This document shows, in pieces, positions 4,971 to 5,494 of a stretch of DNA of 5,494 nucleotides (within the stretch, counting starts at the first letter, position 1; every line of letters begins with the position of its first letter). The notes under the pieces were generated by a model. That model was not told where the DNA came from. It ran no database searches and saw only the letters and a list, made by a program, of their open reading frames with translations. The DNA comes from an archaeon. Lineage in GTDB: Archaea; Iainarchaeota; Iainarchaeia; Iainarchaeales; CSSED10-239. The translations under genes and the position numbers were made by a program. Location of the stretch: assembly GCA_035387745.1 (NCBI GenBank), contig DAOOON010000037.1, positions 1-5,494 on the forward strand. Direction: 5' to 3'.

Positions 4971-5494
4971 ATGGCAGAAAGAAGAGATATTTTTAATGAG
5001 ATTAATAGTAATAAATTAAAAACCATATTCCTATTTATTGGTTTTTTTGCATTTATATTTTTATTAGCTATTGCCATAAAGTATATCTTTAATTTTACTG
5101 GTTTTGGAATACTTTTTATTGCAGGCGTTATTGCAATAATCTATGCAGTCATTGGTTATTTTGTAGGAGACAAGATTGTTCTTTCAACAAGCGGCGCTAA
5201 AGAAGCAGATGAAAAGAAATATGTTTATCTTATTAATCTAGTTGAAGGTCTTTCTCTCTCTGCAGGAATCCCAAAACCTAAAGTCTATGTTATTGAGGAT
5301 AAGTCCCCAAATGCTTTTGCTACAGGAAGAGACCCAAAGCATTCAAGTCTAGCAGTAACCACTGGTCTTCTAGAAATTATGAATAGGCAAGAGCTAGAAG
5401 GCGTAATTGCTCACGAGATGTCTCACATACATAACAGAGACATACAAGTTATGACTTTTGTGTCTGTTCTTTTTGGTATTGTTTCAATTGCTTC
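4971..5494 (+). CDS. htpX: Zinc metalloprotease HtpX (peptidase M48), 3'-partial (runs off the right edge)
   Basis: Hand translation from the ATG at 4971 gives MAERRDIFNEINSNKLKTIFLFIGFFAFIFLLAIAIKYIF...GILFIAGVIAIIYAVIGYFVGDKIVL...PKPKVYVIEDKSPNAFATGRDPKHSSLAVTTGLLEIMNRQELEGVIAHEMSHIHNRDIQ. It shows two N-terminal TM helices, the 'PNAFATGR' block and the HEMSH zinc motif (5412-5426), which are typical of HtpX. It is not in the ORF track because it is truncated by the window edge. Confidence 0.9.
   Translation, partial: MAERRDIFNEINSNKLKTIFLFIGFFAFIFLLAIAIKYIFNFTGFGILFIAGVIAIIYAVIGYFVGDKIVLSTSGAKEADEKKYVYLINLVEGLSLSAGIPKPKVYVIEDKSPNAFATGRDPKHSSLAVTTGLLEIMNRQELEGVIAHEMSHIHNRDIQVMTFVSVLFGIVSIA

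Noticed and set aside
1-5494. CRISPR arrays, transposases or IS ends, integrases, long direct or inverted repeats, stop-codon reassignment
   Set aside because: I saw no repeat-spacer periodicity and no recombinase or transposase-like translations. All conserved proteins read through with the standard code. All five complete stop codons are TAA, as expected for AT-rich DNA. A tRNA-Trp(CCA) gene is present, and no in-frame TGA interrupts any called CDS, so there is no sign of TGA reassignment.

Overview
This window is strongly AT-rich (roughly 70% A+T by eye, not computed), very tightly packed, and looks archaeal. The best domain marker is an intron-containing tRNA-Trp(CCA) on the minus strand. 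It has a textbook bulge-helix-bulge splice motif at the canonical 37/38 position, a G1-C72 pair and an A73 discriminator. Low GC, tiny intergenic gaps and short proteins would fit a DPANN-type or other small AT-rich archaeal genome, but that placement is inference. Gene order is as follows. (1) A 5'-partial minus-strand CDS resembles the N-terminus of a family B DNA polymerase. (2) A two-gene plus-strand pair encodes a 2-TM membrane protein and a signal-peptide protein. (3) tRNA-Trp carries a 96-nt intron. (4) A small (~331 aa) beta-CASP metallo-beta-lactamase nuclease has all catalytic motifs. (5) A 175-aa soluble coiled-coil protein follows. (6) A TadA/CpaF/VirB11/FlaI-family secretion or pilus ATPase lies just upstream of it on the same strand. 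(7) A 3'-partial HtpX (M48) protease closes the window. I saw no CRISPR array, transposase or rRNA. The items most worth follow-up are the tRNA-Trp intron, the ATPase plus coiled-coil pair that lacks an adjacent membrane platform gene, the exported protein with an SCP2-like sequence pattern, and a G-run island flanked by a TATA-like box and a T6 tract. Nothing here is a demonstrable new system from sequence alone. All functional calls rest on motif recognition by eye, without database searches.
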